Shown piece by piece: positions 13,396 through 25,393 of a DNA stretch of 64,000 nt. The notes beneath the pieces were generated by a model, which saw nothing but the letters and a program-made list of their open reading frames with translations, searched no databases and had not been told where the DNA came from. Both the position numbers and the translations under genes were made by a program. Position 1 is the stretch's first letter. The number at the start of each line of letters is the position of its first letter. This stretch comes from Stegostoma tigrinum (taxonomy: Eukaryota): NCBI RefSeq assembly GCF_030684315.1, contig NC_081365.1:47911205-47975204 (forward strand), in the 5' to 3' direction.

Positions 13396-15220
13396 CATAG
13401 AACATAGAACAGTACAGCACAGAACAGGCCCTTCAGCCCACGATGTTGTGCCGACCATTGATCCTCATGTATGCACCCTCAAATTTCTGTGACCATATGC
13501 ATGTCCAGCAGGCTCTTAAATGTCCCCAATGACCTTGCTTCCACAACTGCTGCTGGCAACGCATTCCATGCCCTAACAACTCTCTATGAGAAGAACCCGC
13601 CTCTGACATCCCCTCTATACTTTCCTCCAACCAGCTTTAAACTATGACCCCTCGTGCTAGCCATTTCTGCCCTGGGAAATAGTCTCTGGCTATCAACTCT
13701 ATCTATGCCTCTCATTATCTTGTATACCTCAATTAGATCCCCTCTCCTCCTCCTTTTCTCCAATGAAAAGAGACCGAGCTCAGTCAACCTCTCTTCATAA
13801 GATAAGCCCTCCAGTCCAGGCAGCATCCTGGTAAACCTCCTCTGAACCCTCTCCAAAGCATCCACATCTTTCCTATAATAGGGCGACCAGAACTGGACGC
13901 AGTATTCCAAGTGTGGTCTAACCAAAGTTTTATAGAGCTGCAACAAGATCTCACGACTCTTAAACTCAATCCCCCTGTTAATGAAAGCCAAAACACCATA
14001 TGCTTTCTTAACAACCCTGTCCACTTGGGTGGCCATTTTAAGGGATCTATGTATCTGCACACCAAGATCCCTCTGTTCCTCCACACTGCCAAGAATCCTA
14101 TCCTTAATCCTGTACTCAGCTTTCAAATTCGACCTTCCAAAATGCATCACCTCACATTTATCCAGGTTGACCTCCATCTGCCACCTCTCAGCCCATCTCT
14201 GCATCCTGTCAATGTCCCGCTGCAGCCTACAACAGCCCTCTATACTGTCAACGAACCCTCCAACCTTTGTGTCATCTGCAAACTTGCTGACCCATCCTTC
14301 AATCCCCTCATCCAAGTCATTAATAAAAATTACAAACAGTAGAGGCCCAAGGACAGAGCCCTGTGGAACCCCACTCACCACTGACTTCCAGGCAGAATAT
14401 TTTCCTTCTACTACCACTCGCTGTCTTCTGTTGGCCAGCCAATTCTGTATCGAGACAGATAAGTTCCCCTGTATCCCATTCCTCCTACCTTCTGAATGAT
14501 CCTACCATGGGGAACCTTATCAAATGCCTTACTGAAGTCCATATACACCACATCCACAGCTCGACCCTCATCAACTTTTCTAGTCACATCCTCAAAAAAC
14601 TCGATAAGGTTTGTGAGGCATGACCTACCCCTCACAAAGCCGTGTTGACTGTATTTGATTAAGCCATGCTCTTCCAGATGGTCATAAATCCTATCCCTCA
14701 GAATCCTTTCTAACACTTTGCAGACGACAGACGTGAGACTTACTGGTCTATAATTGCTGGGGATTTCCCTACTTCCTTTCTTGAAGAGAGGAATTACATT
14801 TGCCTCTCTCCAGTCCTCAGGTACGACTCCAGTGGAGAGCGAGGATGCAAAGATCTTTGCAAGTGGCGAAGCAATTGCATTTCTCGCTTCCCAAAGCAGC
14901 CGAGGACAAATCTGGTCCAGGCCTGGTGACTTGTCAATCTTAATGTTTGACAAAATTTTCAGCACATCAGCTTCCTCTATCTCTATCCATTCCAGCATGC
15001 ACACCTGCTCTTCAAAGGTTTCATTCACTACAAACTTCGTTTCTTTCGTAAAGACAGAAGCAAGAAACTCATTTAGGGCTTCCCCTACCTCCTCAGACTC
15101 CACACACAAGTTCCCTATGCTATCCCTGATCGGTCCTACTCTTCCTTTGACCATTCTCTTGTTCCTCACATAAGTGTAATTTGCCTTTGTGTTTTCCCTG
15201 ATTCCTTCTGCCAAGCCTTT
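13396..15220 (-). mobile_element. Young CR1 LINE, 5'-truncated (ORF2 RT region, one frameshift near 14480)
   Basis: ORFs 14411-15232 and 13584-14417: NYRPVSLTS, SQHGF, DFSKAFDKV, GVPQGSVLGP, FADDTK, LEYCVQFW; (TTCTATG)n-type 3' tail at ~13396-13410. Confidence 0.95.
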
Positions 15221-16406
15221 AGAAAATTTCATTAATTATCTCCACAGATCAGTGGAAAACTTTGACTATAAAGCTTTGAAATCAGATTTGTATGAAACTG
15301 AATAATTTTAGAATCATTGATAAATTTTTGTCACATCTATTAAGGTCCTAAGAAAATTTGACTTTGGGAAAGGCTATTCAAAATGTGGTGGAAGGAACTC
15401 TGAGAGGAAAAGGAAAACCTCAATACAGGAGAGAAACAGAATCCACCCATATAGTATAAACACTCTGCAGGTACACTTGACAAGGCATCACAAAGAGTTA
15501 GTGCTGTGAATAAATGGTGCAAGTTGTACCAAGTTATGATATACATATGCTACCTCTGTAAAACTATAGGTCACTTCCTGAGGACGTGCAGAAGGAGGAC
15601 CCAGTTTCAAAGTTGCAAAAAGCTCAAATTCTTACTCATTTTAATGCTACAGAAACAGTAGGAAAGAGCATTCATAAAGTAAATTAGTAATTTAACTGAC
15701 TGAACTTTGACAGAATCTATTTGCGTTAATTGCGATCTCATTATTTTCTATCTTGATACAGGGGTCAGTCTCACTGTCTCATCAGTTGTCTCAAATCTAT
15801 AATGGATAGGATTATTGATAACTTACCTGATTGTATTTGCATTGCTGACCATATCATTGTCATAGGTGAGTTAAAGGCAGAGTATGAACATAATTTTCAG
15901 CTGCTGGTGACAACAATTCAATTCAATTCAAAGGACTAACATTTAACACAGTCAAATCAACATCAACCTGATAAACCTCTTTGGATCCATTTACTTTGAG
16001 CACGGAATCCATTTGATTCCAATTAAGATCAAGGATAATTAATAAATGCTGACCGCACAGGATGAAGAACATCTCCAAAGTTGCCTTGAATCTTTTTAAA
16101 TTTGCTATAGCTATACAATCAGCACCTTGCAGAAAAGGTTTTATCTGCTGGGGGATTAGCTCAAGATAGACATCTCCTATATGTGGGAATACAACTACCA
16201 ATTTGTCTTCACTTCTCTCAAGTAGGTTCTTTCAGCAAAATCTTTCTTATTGTAATACAATTACCCTAGAAAAGACATGATTCTCAAATGCAATGCATTG
16301 CAAAAAGTTTGCAAGACAAAAGACCTATTGCCTTGATTCTAAACCCTGTCGTTTGTACAGTATACATGTCTAGGAAGGTGGTATTATTGCCAAACAGGTA
16401 ATTCAG

Positions 16407-18015
16407 AGATAATAAAATGTGAGGCTGGATGAACACAGCAGGCCAAGCAGCATCTCAGGAGCACAAAAGCTGACGTTTCGGGCCTAGACCCTTCAACAGA
16501 GAGGGGGATGGGGGGAGGGAACTGGAATAAATAGGGAGAGAGGGGGAGGCGGACCGAAGATGGAGAGTAAAGAAGATAGGTGGAGAGGGTGTAGGTGGGG
16601 AGGTAGGGAGGGGATTGGTCAGTCCAGGGAAGACGGACAGGTCAAGGAGGTGGGATGAGGTTAGTAGGTAGCTGGGGGTGCGGCTTGGGGTGGGAGGAAG
16701 GGATGGGTGAGAGGAAGAACCGGTTAGGGAGGCAGAGACAGGTTGGACTGGTTTTGGGATGCAGTGGGTGGGGGGGAAGAACTGGGCTGGTTGTGTGGTG
16801 CAGTGGGGGGAGGGGATGAACTGGGCTGGTTTAGGGATGCAGTAGGGGAAGGGGAGATTTTGAAACTGGTGAAGTCCACATTGATACCATATGGCTGCAG
16901 GGTTCCCAGGCGGAATATGAGTTGCTGTTCCTGCAACCTTCGGGTGGCATCATTGTGGCACTGCAGGAGGCCCATGATGGACATGTCATCAAGAGAATGG
17001 GAGGGGGAGTGGAAATGGTTTGCGACTGGGAGGTGCAGTTGTTTGTTGCGAACTGAGCGGAGGTGTTCTGCAAAGCGGTCCCCAAGCCTCCGCTTGGTTT
17101 CCCCAATGTAGAGGAAGCCGCACCGGGTACAGTGGATGCAGTATACCACATTGGCAGATGTGCAGGTGAACCTCTGCTTAATGTGGAATGTCATCTTGGG
17201 GCCTGGGATGGGGGTGAGGGAGGAGGTGTGGGGACAAGTGTAGCATTTCCTGCGGTTGCAGGGGAAGGTGCCGGGTGTGGTGGGATTGGAGGGCAGTGTG
17301 GAGCGAACAAGGGAGTCACGGAGAGAGTGGTCTCTCCGGAAAGCAGACAGGGGAGGGGATGGAAAAATGTCTTGGGTGGTGGGGTCGGATTGTAAATGGC
17401 GGAAGTGTCGGAGGATAATGCGTTGTATCCGGAGGTTGGTAGGGTGGTGTGTGAGAACGAGGGGGATCCTCTTGGGGCGGTTGTGGCGGGGGCGGGGTGT
17501 GAGGGATGTGTCGCGGGAAATGCGGGAGACGCGGTCAAGGGCGTTCTCAATCACCGTGGGGGGAAAGTTGCGGTCCTTAAAGAACTTGGACATCTGGGAT
17601 GTGCGGGAGTGGAATGTCTTATCGTGGGAGCAGATGCGGCGGAGGCGGAGGAATTGGGAATAGGGGATGGAATTTTTGCAGGAGGGTGGGTGGGAGGAGG
17701 TGTATTCTAGGTAGCTGTGGGAGTCGGTGGGCTTGAAATGGACATCAGTTACAAGCTGGTTGCCTGAGATGGAGACTGAGAGGTCCAGGAAGGTGAGGGA
17801 TGTGCTGGAGATGGCCCAGGTGAAGTGAAGGTTGGGGTGGAAGGTGTTGGTGAAGTGGATGAACTGTTCGAGCTCCTCTGGGGAGCAAGAGGCGGCGCCG
17901 ATACAGTCATCAATGTACCGGAGGAAGAGGTGGGGTTTGGGGCCTGTGTAGGTGCGGAAGAGGGACTGTTCCACGTAACCTACAAAGAGGCAGGCATAGC
18001 TGGGGCCCATGCGGG
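16407..18015 (-). mobile_element. Young Penelope-like retroelement, 5'-truncated single arm (short 3' end)
   Basis: Near-identical to the 10310-12129 copy; 428-aa open frame 16724-18010; hammerhead core mutated to CTGTTGA; inserted into an old SINE. Confidence 0.95.
16724..18010 (-). CDS. PLE polyprotein fragment (RT C-terminal half + GIY-YIG)
   Basis: RYIDD, CNRRKCYTCPH, VVYCIHCTRCGFLYIGETKRRLGDRFAEH; no stops. Confidence 0.9.
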   Translation of the reverse strand: MGPSYACLFVGYVEQSLFRTYTGPKPHLFLRYIDDCIGAASCSPEELEQFIHFTNTFHPNLHFTWAISSTSLTFLDLSVSISGNQLVTDVHFKPTDSHSYLEYTSSHPPSCKNSIPYSQFLRLRRICSHDKTFHSRTSQMSKFFKDRNFPPTVIENALDRVSRISRDTSLTPRPRHNRPKRIPLVLTHHPTNLRIQRIILRHFRHLQSDPTTQDIFPSPPLSAFRRDHSLRDSLVRSTLPSNPTTPGTFPCNRRKCYTCPHTSSLTPIPGPKMTFHIKQRFTCTSANVVYCIHCTRCGFLYIGETKRRLGDRFAEHLRSVRNKQLHLPVANHFHSPSHSLDDMSIMGLLQCHNDATRRLQEQQLIFRLGTLQPYGINVDFTSFKISPSPTASLNQPSSSPPPTAPHNQPSSSPPPTASQNQSNLSLPP

Positions 18016-18275
18016 AGACCCAGGTATTGTTCTGGGGACCCGAGTCAAAATCCCACCATGGCTGATGGAGGAATTTAAATTCAATAAAAACTGCAACTAA
18101 TCAAGCTAAGAGAATAACCATGAAACCGTTGTTAATAGTCTAATGTCCTTTAGGGAAGGAAACTACCATCATTAGCTGGTCTGGTTGACATGTTACTCCA
18201 AACCCACAGCAATATTGTTGACTGTTAACTGTTAACAATTAGGGATGGGCAATAAATGCTAGCATTGCCAGCGAA
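18016..18275 (+). mobile_element. Old SINE-like repeat (5' part left of the PLE at ~16375-16406)
   Basis: Shared blocks AATCCCACCATGG, AATGTCCTTTAGGGAAGGAAA, GGGCAATAAATGCT also seen near 40390-41120 and 57340-57500. Confidence 0.5.
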
Positions 18276-18543
18276 TTAGGCATCATGCAATTTCACATAT
18301 ACTTATTTTGCAGGAAATTTAATAATGAATCAGATCATAAGCCATCACAAACAATATGTCACAAACTGCAAATAAGTGCAGTGCCATTTTTGCAGCATTT
18401 ACTTGTCAAGGGGTAAGGATATGACTTTGAAGTAAGATATAAGCCTGGTGCCAGAATGGTTACTTAAACACTCACTGAGCAAATTACCCCATCTATAAAA
18501 GACCATGATATTCCTCTTCACCTGTACGTTGATGCTACAGATT

Positions 18544-18764
18544 ATGACGTGGAGGTGCCAGTGTTGGACTGGGGTGGACAAGGTCACAAATCACGTGACA
18601 CCGGGTTATAGTCCAACAGGTTTAGTTGAAAATACACGCTTTCAGAGCCACACTCCTTCTTCAGGTGTTGAACAGTCATACACCCGAAGAAGGAGTGAGG
18701 CTCTGAAAGATTGTATTTTCAAATAAACCTGTTGGACTATAACCTGGTGTCATGTGATTTCTGA
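18544..18764. mobile_element. Old miniature palindromic PLE-type element (fourth subfamily)
   Basis: Inverted arms (GGTTATAGTCCAACAGGTTT / AAACCTGTTGGACTATAACC) with CTGAAGA..GAAA hammerhead-like cores; left arm longer; a related element surrounds the 4505-5241 insertion. Confidence 0.65.
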
Positions 18765-19011
18765 CATAGATAATGAAGGTGAAGATCTTCTCACGGTTGA
18801 TTAGATTTTGGCCAGAGCCACAGTGAACAGTTGAAATTAGAAACTGCCAGAGATGATCAACTGTGAGACTTATATAAGAACATTATTTATGCCATGGCCT
18901 GACAGTATGAAATAAGTGTATGAGACAATTTGTTCATAAGAAGGACAAACTTGGTATATTGTGCCAGTTCATCTTCAAGAGCAAACAATATCAAAAGCAT
19001 TATGCCAAGAA

Positions 19012-20863
19012 AACAAAATGTGAGGCTGGATGAACACAGCAGGCCAAGCAGCATCTCAGGAGCACAAAAGCTGACGTTTCGGGCCTAGACCCTTCATCAG
19101 AGAGGGGGATGGGGAGAGGGAACTGGAATAAATAGGGAGAGAGGGGGAGGCGGACCGAAGATGGAGAGTGAAGAAGATAGGTGGAGAGAGTATAGGTGGG
19201 GAGGTAGGGAGGGGATAGGTCAGTCCAGGGAAGACGGACAGGTCAAGGAGGTGGGGTGAGGTTAGTGGGTAGATGGGGGTGCGGCTTGGGGTGAGAGGAA
19301 GGGATGGGTGAGAGGAAGAACCGGTTAGAAAGGCAGAGACAGGTTGGACTGGTTTTGGGATGCAGTGGGTGGAGGGGAAGAGCTGGGCTGGTTGTGTGGT
19401 GCAGTGGGGGGAGGGGACGAACTGGGCTGGTTTAGGGATGCAGTAGGGGAAGGGGAGATTTTGAAACTGGTGAAGTCCACATTGATACCATATGGCTGCA
19501 GGGTTCCCAGGCGGAATATGAGTTGCTGTTCCTGCAACCTTCGGGTGGTATCATTGTGGCAGTGCAGGAGGCCCATGATGGACATGTCATCTAGAGAATG
19601 GGAGGGGGAGTGGAAATGGTTTGCGACTGGGAGGTGCAGTTGTTTGTTGCGAACTGAGCGGAGGTGTTCTGCAAAGCGGTCCCCAAGCCTCCGCTTGGTT
19701 TCCCCAATGTAGAGGAAGCCGCACTGAGTACAGTGGATGCAGTATACCACATTGGCAGATGTGCAGGTGAACATCTGCTTAATATGGAATGTCATCTTGG
19801 GGCCTGGGATAGGGGTGAGGGAGGAGGTGTGGGGGCAAGTGTAGCATTTCCTGCAGTTGTAGGGGAAGGTGCCGGGTGTGGTGGGGTTGGAAGGCAGTGT
19901 GGAGCGAACAAGGGAGTCACGGAGAGAGTGGTCTCTCCGGAAAGCAGACAGGGCTGGGGATGGAAAAATGTCTTGGGTGGTGGGGTCGGATTGTAAATGG
20001 CGGAAGTGTCGGAGGATGATGCGTTGTAAGCCCCAAGATGACATTCCACATTAAGCAGAGGTTCACCTGCACATCTGCCAATGTGGTATACTGCATCCAC
20101 TGTACTCGGTGCGGCTTCCTCTACATTGGGGAAACCAAGCGGAGGCTTGGGGACCGCTTTGCAGAACACCTCCGCTCAGTTCGCAACAAACAACTGCACC
20201 TCCCAGTCGCAAACCATTTCCACTCCCCCTCCCATTCTCTAGATGACATGTCCATCATGGGCCTCCTGCACTGCCACAATGATACCACCCGAAGGTTGCA
20301 GGAACAGCAACTCATATTCCGCCTGGGAACCCTGCAGCCATATGGTATCAATGTGGACTTCACCATTTTCAAAATCTCCCCTTCCCCTACTGCATCCCTA
20401 AACCAGCCCAGTTCGTCCCCTCCCCCCACTGCACCACACAACCAGCCCAGCTCTTCCCCCCCACCCACTGCATCCCAATACCAGTCCAACCTGTCTCTGC
20501 CTCCCTAACCGGTTCTTCCTCTCACCCATCCCTTCCTCCCACCCCAAGCCGCACCCCCATCTACCCACTAAGCTCATCCCACCTCCTTGACCAGTCCGTC
20601 TTCCCTGGACTGACCTATCCCCTCCCTACCTCCCCACCTATACTCTCTCCACCTATCTTCTTCACTCTCCATCTTCGGTCCGCCTCCCCCTCTCTCCCTA
20701 TTTATTCCAGTTCCCTCTCCCCATCCCCCTCTCTGATGAAGGGTCTCCGCCCGAAACGTCAGCTTTTGTGCTCCTGAGATGCTGTTTGGCCTGCTGTGTT
20801 CATCTAGCCTCACATTTTGTTATCTTGGAATTCTCCAGCATCTGCAGTTCCCATTATCTCTGA
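19012..20863. mobile_element. Two-armed inverted PLE insertion (minus arm 19012-20028, plus arm 20030-20863)
   Basis: Both arms encode GIY-YIG + 3' UTR + hammerhead (19073-19100 minus; 20733-20760 plus); 14-bp TSD CATTATGCCAAGAA at 18998-19011 and 20864-20877; inserted in the Gypsy integrase region. Confidence 0.95.
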
Positions 20864-21611
20864 CATTATGCCAAGAATATGAGATCCATATTATACCAGA
20901 AACACATGGCTATTGTACACACAAGTCAGCTAGCACATGAATCTGTGCACTGGGCAGGGATAATTCAAGGTATGCAATGACTTGCATGTGACTAATGCCA
21001 AATACATCAAGCCTAGCATTGAAGGGAACCTCTTTATCCACATGAAGTTCCATCCATTCCTTGGATAAAAGTAGCAACAGTACTATTCAGAAATGGGAAT
21101 CTTACATCTTTGTGATGAATTACTTCTCTCAATTTCCCATGGTTCAACAACATAACAGTGCAATAAGCATTACCATTGCTGATACATTCAATATTATTTT
21201 CAGTTTATTTGGTATTACAGATCATATACAGTCTAACAATGGACCACAGCACATTGGCAAATCATTTCAAGATGTACACTAAGTAGGGGGTAATGCATAT
21301 TGTATTATCACCTATCTACTGATGCTCATGTGGTCTAGCAAAACATACAATTCATACTATTAAATCAATAATCATTATTGGACCATCCGCAAAGAAAGAT
21401 TTTCACATTACATTACTGTATGTTGTGCAACGCCAATGGAGAGGGGATTACCATCTATAGCATAATTTATACTCAGAAGGCAAACATAAACCCCACTTTG
21501 CAGAGCAAATAAAACACTCTTCTTGAAAGACAAATGAGAATTAAAGAGATGGAAGAGATAGGAGCAAGTAAATAACTAGCACAAATGTGCACTGAACAGA
21601 CTGTGTGAATT

Positions 21612-21845
21612 AGAACAAAGCTGCTGGAAAAGCTCAACAGGTCTGGCAGCATCTGTGAAGGGAAAAACAGAATTAATGTTTCAGGTCTGGTGACCCTTCC
21701 TCAGAACTAGTCCATGTCACCGGACCTGAAATGTTAACTCTGCTTTCTCCTTCATAGTAGCTGCCAGACCTAATGAGCTTTTCTAGCAACTTTGTTTTTG
21801 TTCCTGATTTACAGTATCTGCAGTTCTTTCAGATTTTATTTATTA
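21612..21845. mobile_element. Old miniature two-armed PLE-type palindrome (third subfamily)
   Basis: Inverted arms (GCTGGAAAAGCTCA..GGTCTGGCAGCATC / GCTGCCAGACC..TGAGCTTTTCTAGC); right arm longer; partial flanking repeat TGAATTAG. Confidence 0.65.
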
Positions 21846-24800
21846 TGAATTAGGAAGATAAATATGAATATTTGGATACATGCAAAGGTTTCAAGAATAA
21901 TGTAGCTACTCTGTGAAGGAACAGAAGCTAGCTTAAAGTAATGTAAAGCCCACCAATCAGACAAAAAGGGAGTGAGGAAGAATAGTCCAGGAATGATGAC
22001 TGTGTGATGATGTTGAGTGATAGCAACCAGCGGCAAGACAACGAAATTGTCAGATGAGTGCAAAAGACAACAGCGCATATCTCTTTAGGCAGGCATACTA
22101 TCAACAGAGTAACATGATATGTTAAAAATTCAAAGAATTACATTGAAGTTTAAAATGTTAGCTTTGTAAACTGTTTTTACCTGTTTGTATAGTTATTAAA
22201 ATGGTACAGATACAACCATGTCTGTCTGTTTGGGAATTTTTTTATCTAAGGAAGAAGTGGGATGTGTCATGTCTCACAGCCAGTCTGTTAGTATACTTCT
22301 AAGAGACATGCTCACGATATCAGCACCACATCATTGCATGGGAGCCAACAATAAAAGAGCTCAGACTCTATCTTACCTCAGATCACTTAATACATAACAC
22401 TCTCATGCAAGTATGTTTCTCTCTTATAACATTCTTACCAGACCATAATGCTGCTCTTTCATTAGAGAGGGGGAGATGGGAAGACAAATTGTGGTGGCTT
22501 AACCTGAGGGTCACCACACCTCAGGTAGGGCACAGTTTGAGAAGGAGAGTCCTTCATGGTAATCTCAGCCCATGCATGAATTGAACATATGCTGTTGGCA
22601 AACCAGTCATCCAACCAACTGAGCTAAGTGAAACCCGCAATTCCATAATATTCATATCCAATTTTTTGTTATGGGAGATTGCATATATTGCTGCCTCTGG
22701 TAAAACACACTGTTGGAGGCAGACACAACCGCTCAGCTACTTCTAAAGTTAATCTCAAATCTCCTATAATCTGAAGTGTACCTTTTTGTCCAACATCAGT
22801 TCATAGCCAGGTAAACCTGATTGCAAAGATGAATCTTAAACAAGAGTAACATACATTAACAACGCTTTGTATGAACTCTCCTTTTTTTGGTAATCTTAAA
22901 TTTTCTCCTCTTGTTACTAACAAATCTAGCTTGGCACAGTTTTTGAAATTTACAGAGGCCAAGTAATTAGGGAACAGCTGAAATATAGCCAGGAATTTCC
23001 TCAGAGTTGGTCTTGCTCTGCCATTGCAATTGCACTGGCACCTCTATTTATACACAAGGTTGAAGGTCTGGATTATACGCTTGCCTATTGGAAAACTTGA
23101 AAGTGGGTGGTATGTAAAATTCACAGCATGGCCTTCCCAGCACCGACCTGCTTGCTCTGACCTATCTGAAATTTGTTCCAGGATTGGATCGCTATTGGGC
23201 AGACATTTGCCATGGACGATTGGTGGTGGTGGTGGTGGTGTGGGGGTGGGGGGGGAAGGGGTGGGGGGGAAGAGGGCTGCACTCTGATACACTGTATTTA
23301 GGTACATGTGACTACAATAAAACAAATCAAATATATTAGATGTGACAGGGGTAGTCCACGTGGGAAGCCCACAGCACTGTATTGGTTGGTATGAAGCAAA
23401 GATGGGAGAGAGCTGAACCTAGTTTGTGGGTCCCCACCAATAAACTCATTAAAGGCAACATACACCTCCTCCCCTAACTCCAAACTTCATAACTCTCCCT
23501 TTGTCCACTCCCCTGATCTTTCGATCTCTGTTTCCATCTCCTTCACTGTGGCTGCCATCTGGCCTTGACATTAGTCTGGGTTTATCTCTAAGCCTGGGCT
23601 CCTCTGTCAGGACTTGCTGTGTTCCTAGCAGTGAGCACCACTCCCACACTGCACTTCAGGGGCTTCAGAGATGCTGGTCATCCAAATGCTGAGAGTTCTT
23701 CAAGGCAAGGCTACATCCCCAGGCACGGACAGATATTTTCCAGTGTTAAATTGTTTGGGGTGGCTGGCAGGATTGTGAACAGGATCTCCCTCAACCTTTT
23801 AGCCAGGGGTCAGGGTCTTGACACCTAGTTGAATACCGCCCAGGGTTCTGTCACGTTTTAAGTGAAGTGTGAGCCATCCTGTAGAAATTTGCAGTGTCTG
23901 TAATTTCAAAGGCCAATGATTTTTAAATTGGCCAGGTAGAGGCTGCATGAAATTGAATAGGTCAAAATGTGAAATGATACATTTTTAAAGGAGGAAGGTG
24001 AATTATAAATGTAGAAAATGACAATAAAAGAAAACAAATGCTAAAACATTAAGGCAACTAAATGAATAGCTTTACAGATCTTTTGGACTGGAAGATCAAA
24101 TTGCCCATTTTATAATAAAATAAACATTTAGTATCTTAGGTTTTGTAAGTAACAACACAGTACATAAACAAAGTGGTAACACTGTCTGGATCATTGATTA
24201 GGCTTCAGCTTGAATATTGTCTCCAATTTCCATTTCCAACAGGGTTCATTCAGATATTAAAGTGATACAAAGCTTGAGAAACTGGGGTCTTCTAATTAGT
24301 AGAAGAAAGATTGAGAGGGACTTGAGTGGGTGTTCAAAATTCTGAAGATTAGGACTTTTAATGGAGAATTGTTAGATAATCTACTACTATCAGAAACTAG
24401 GTATACATTAGCTTTTAAGAGGAAAGGAATTTTTTTTAAAGTGCCAGGATATGGGAAGAGAGCAAGCAAGTGAATCTGCTTTGAATAGGTAAGCAGATGC
24501 ATGATGAGCTGTTCCTTCTGTAGAGTCAAATTCTATATTTAAGAAAGCATTTTTTTTCTCAGTGGTTAATAAAAAAGAAAACAAACTAACCAATTTGAAC
24601 ACATAAGGACAATCAATAAAAACTGGAGGCTAAATTGCATATTTAAATGCTGAAATGCTGGATCAGCATTATTGACAATTACACTGGAAGCAAGATCATG
24701 GTTGCTTCTCTTTGAAACCGATGCCACGGACTTTAGGGAGTCAGTGCATAGATACATCAATTACAGAGACAAAGGAAGCACCTCCAGAAAAACAACTCAG

Positions 24801-24942
24801 GCTGTTAGAAGGGTTGGAAATTGAAGCCTTGGTGCCTGAGCTGTTTACCCTCCCAAGAAAACACATTTAAACATGTCAAAAAAGAACACGGTCCTATCTT
24901 CTTGGCACACTGGTTTCCAAAGAGGTATTATATTTCTCAGAG

Positions 24943-25094
24943 ATAACAAAGTGTGGAGCTGGATTAACACAGTGGGCTAAGCAGCATCTTAGGAGCTTTT
25001 GTGCTCCTAAGATGCTGCTTGGCCTGCTGTGTTCATCCAGCGCCACACTTTGTTATCTCGGATTCTCTAGCATCTGCAGTTCCCATTATCTCTG
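24943..25094. mobile_element. Miniature two-armed PLE insertion
   Basis: 16-bp TSD ATTATATT(T/C)CTCAGAG at 24927-24942 and 25095-25110; junction microhomology AGC. Confidence 0.85.
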
Positions 25095-25393
25095 ATTATA
25101 TTCCTCAGAGGCTGCAGTTACAAGAACAAGTGAGTCTCCATTCCAGTGCCTTTTTCCAGAGAAGACAGAGGCTTCACACCAAACCAAGGCTACCAAAATT
25201 CCTAATATATGGCAACACCTGTCCTATCTAACCTAGTCTGTAGGCTTTCAACCTCATTCTCTCCATAGTTACGGTACGAGTATTTAGAAAACACCAAGGA
25301 TTTATGTTCCTCTCCTGATCAAGGGGATTAAAATAATTGTTTGCATTGGTCACCTGATGACATGACTGTTTTTTACATGTCTTGCATTTGCAT

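Larger units (their letters stand above)
12880..22399 (+). mobile_element. Heavily decayed Ty3/Gypsy LTR retrotransposon (pol remnants and putative 3' LTR) hosting nested insertions
   Basis: Domains in Gypsy order: KLNTG (protease-like, ~12880, weak); MDRIIDNLPDCICIADHIIVIG (RT, ~15800-15870); PRKDMILKCNALQK / LQDKRPIA (RNase H, ~16260-16330); GYDFEVRYKPG (~18420); HMAI..HESVHW..C..CQ, EPLYPHEVPSIPW and SNNGPQ (integrase, 20900-21280); purine tract 22248-22262 then TG...AATAAA...CA to 22399. 5' LTR not identified. Confidence 0.75.

Noticed and set aside
15923-16201. Minus ORF superficially like a second Ig V exon (VVVFPHIGDVYLEL...VDLTVL), with a strong donor-like CAG|GTAAGT at ~15826
   Set aside because: The plus strand here is decayed Gypsy RT (IADHIIVIG, HGIHLIPIKIKD), and the ORF lacks the Ig Trp and YxC motifs.
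19012-20863. Interpretation of the pairs as DNA transposons with long TIRs, or as assembly artefacts
   Set aside because: The arms are retroelement 3' ends with variable junctions, differ by scattered substitutions, have unequal ends and are bounded by clean TSDs.
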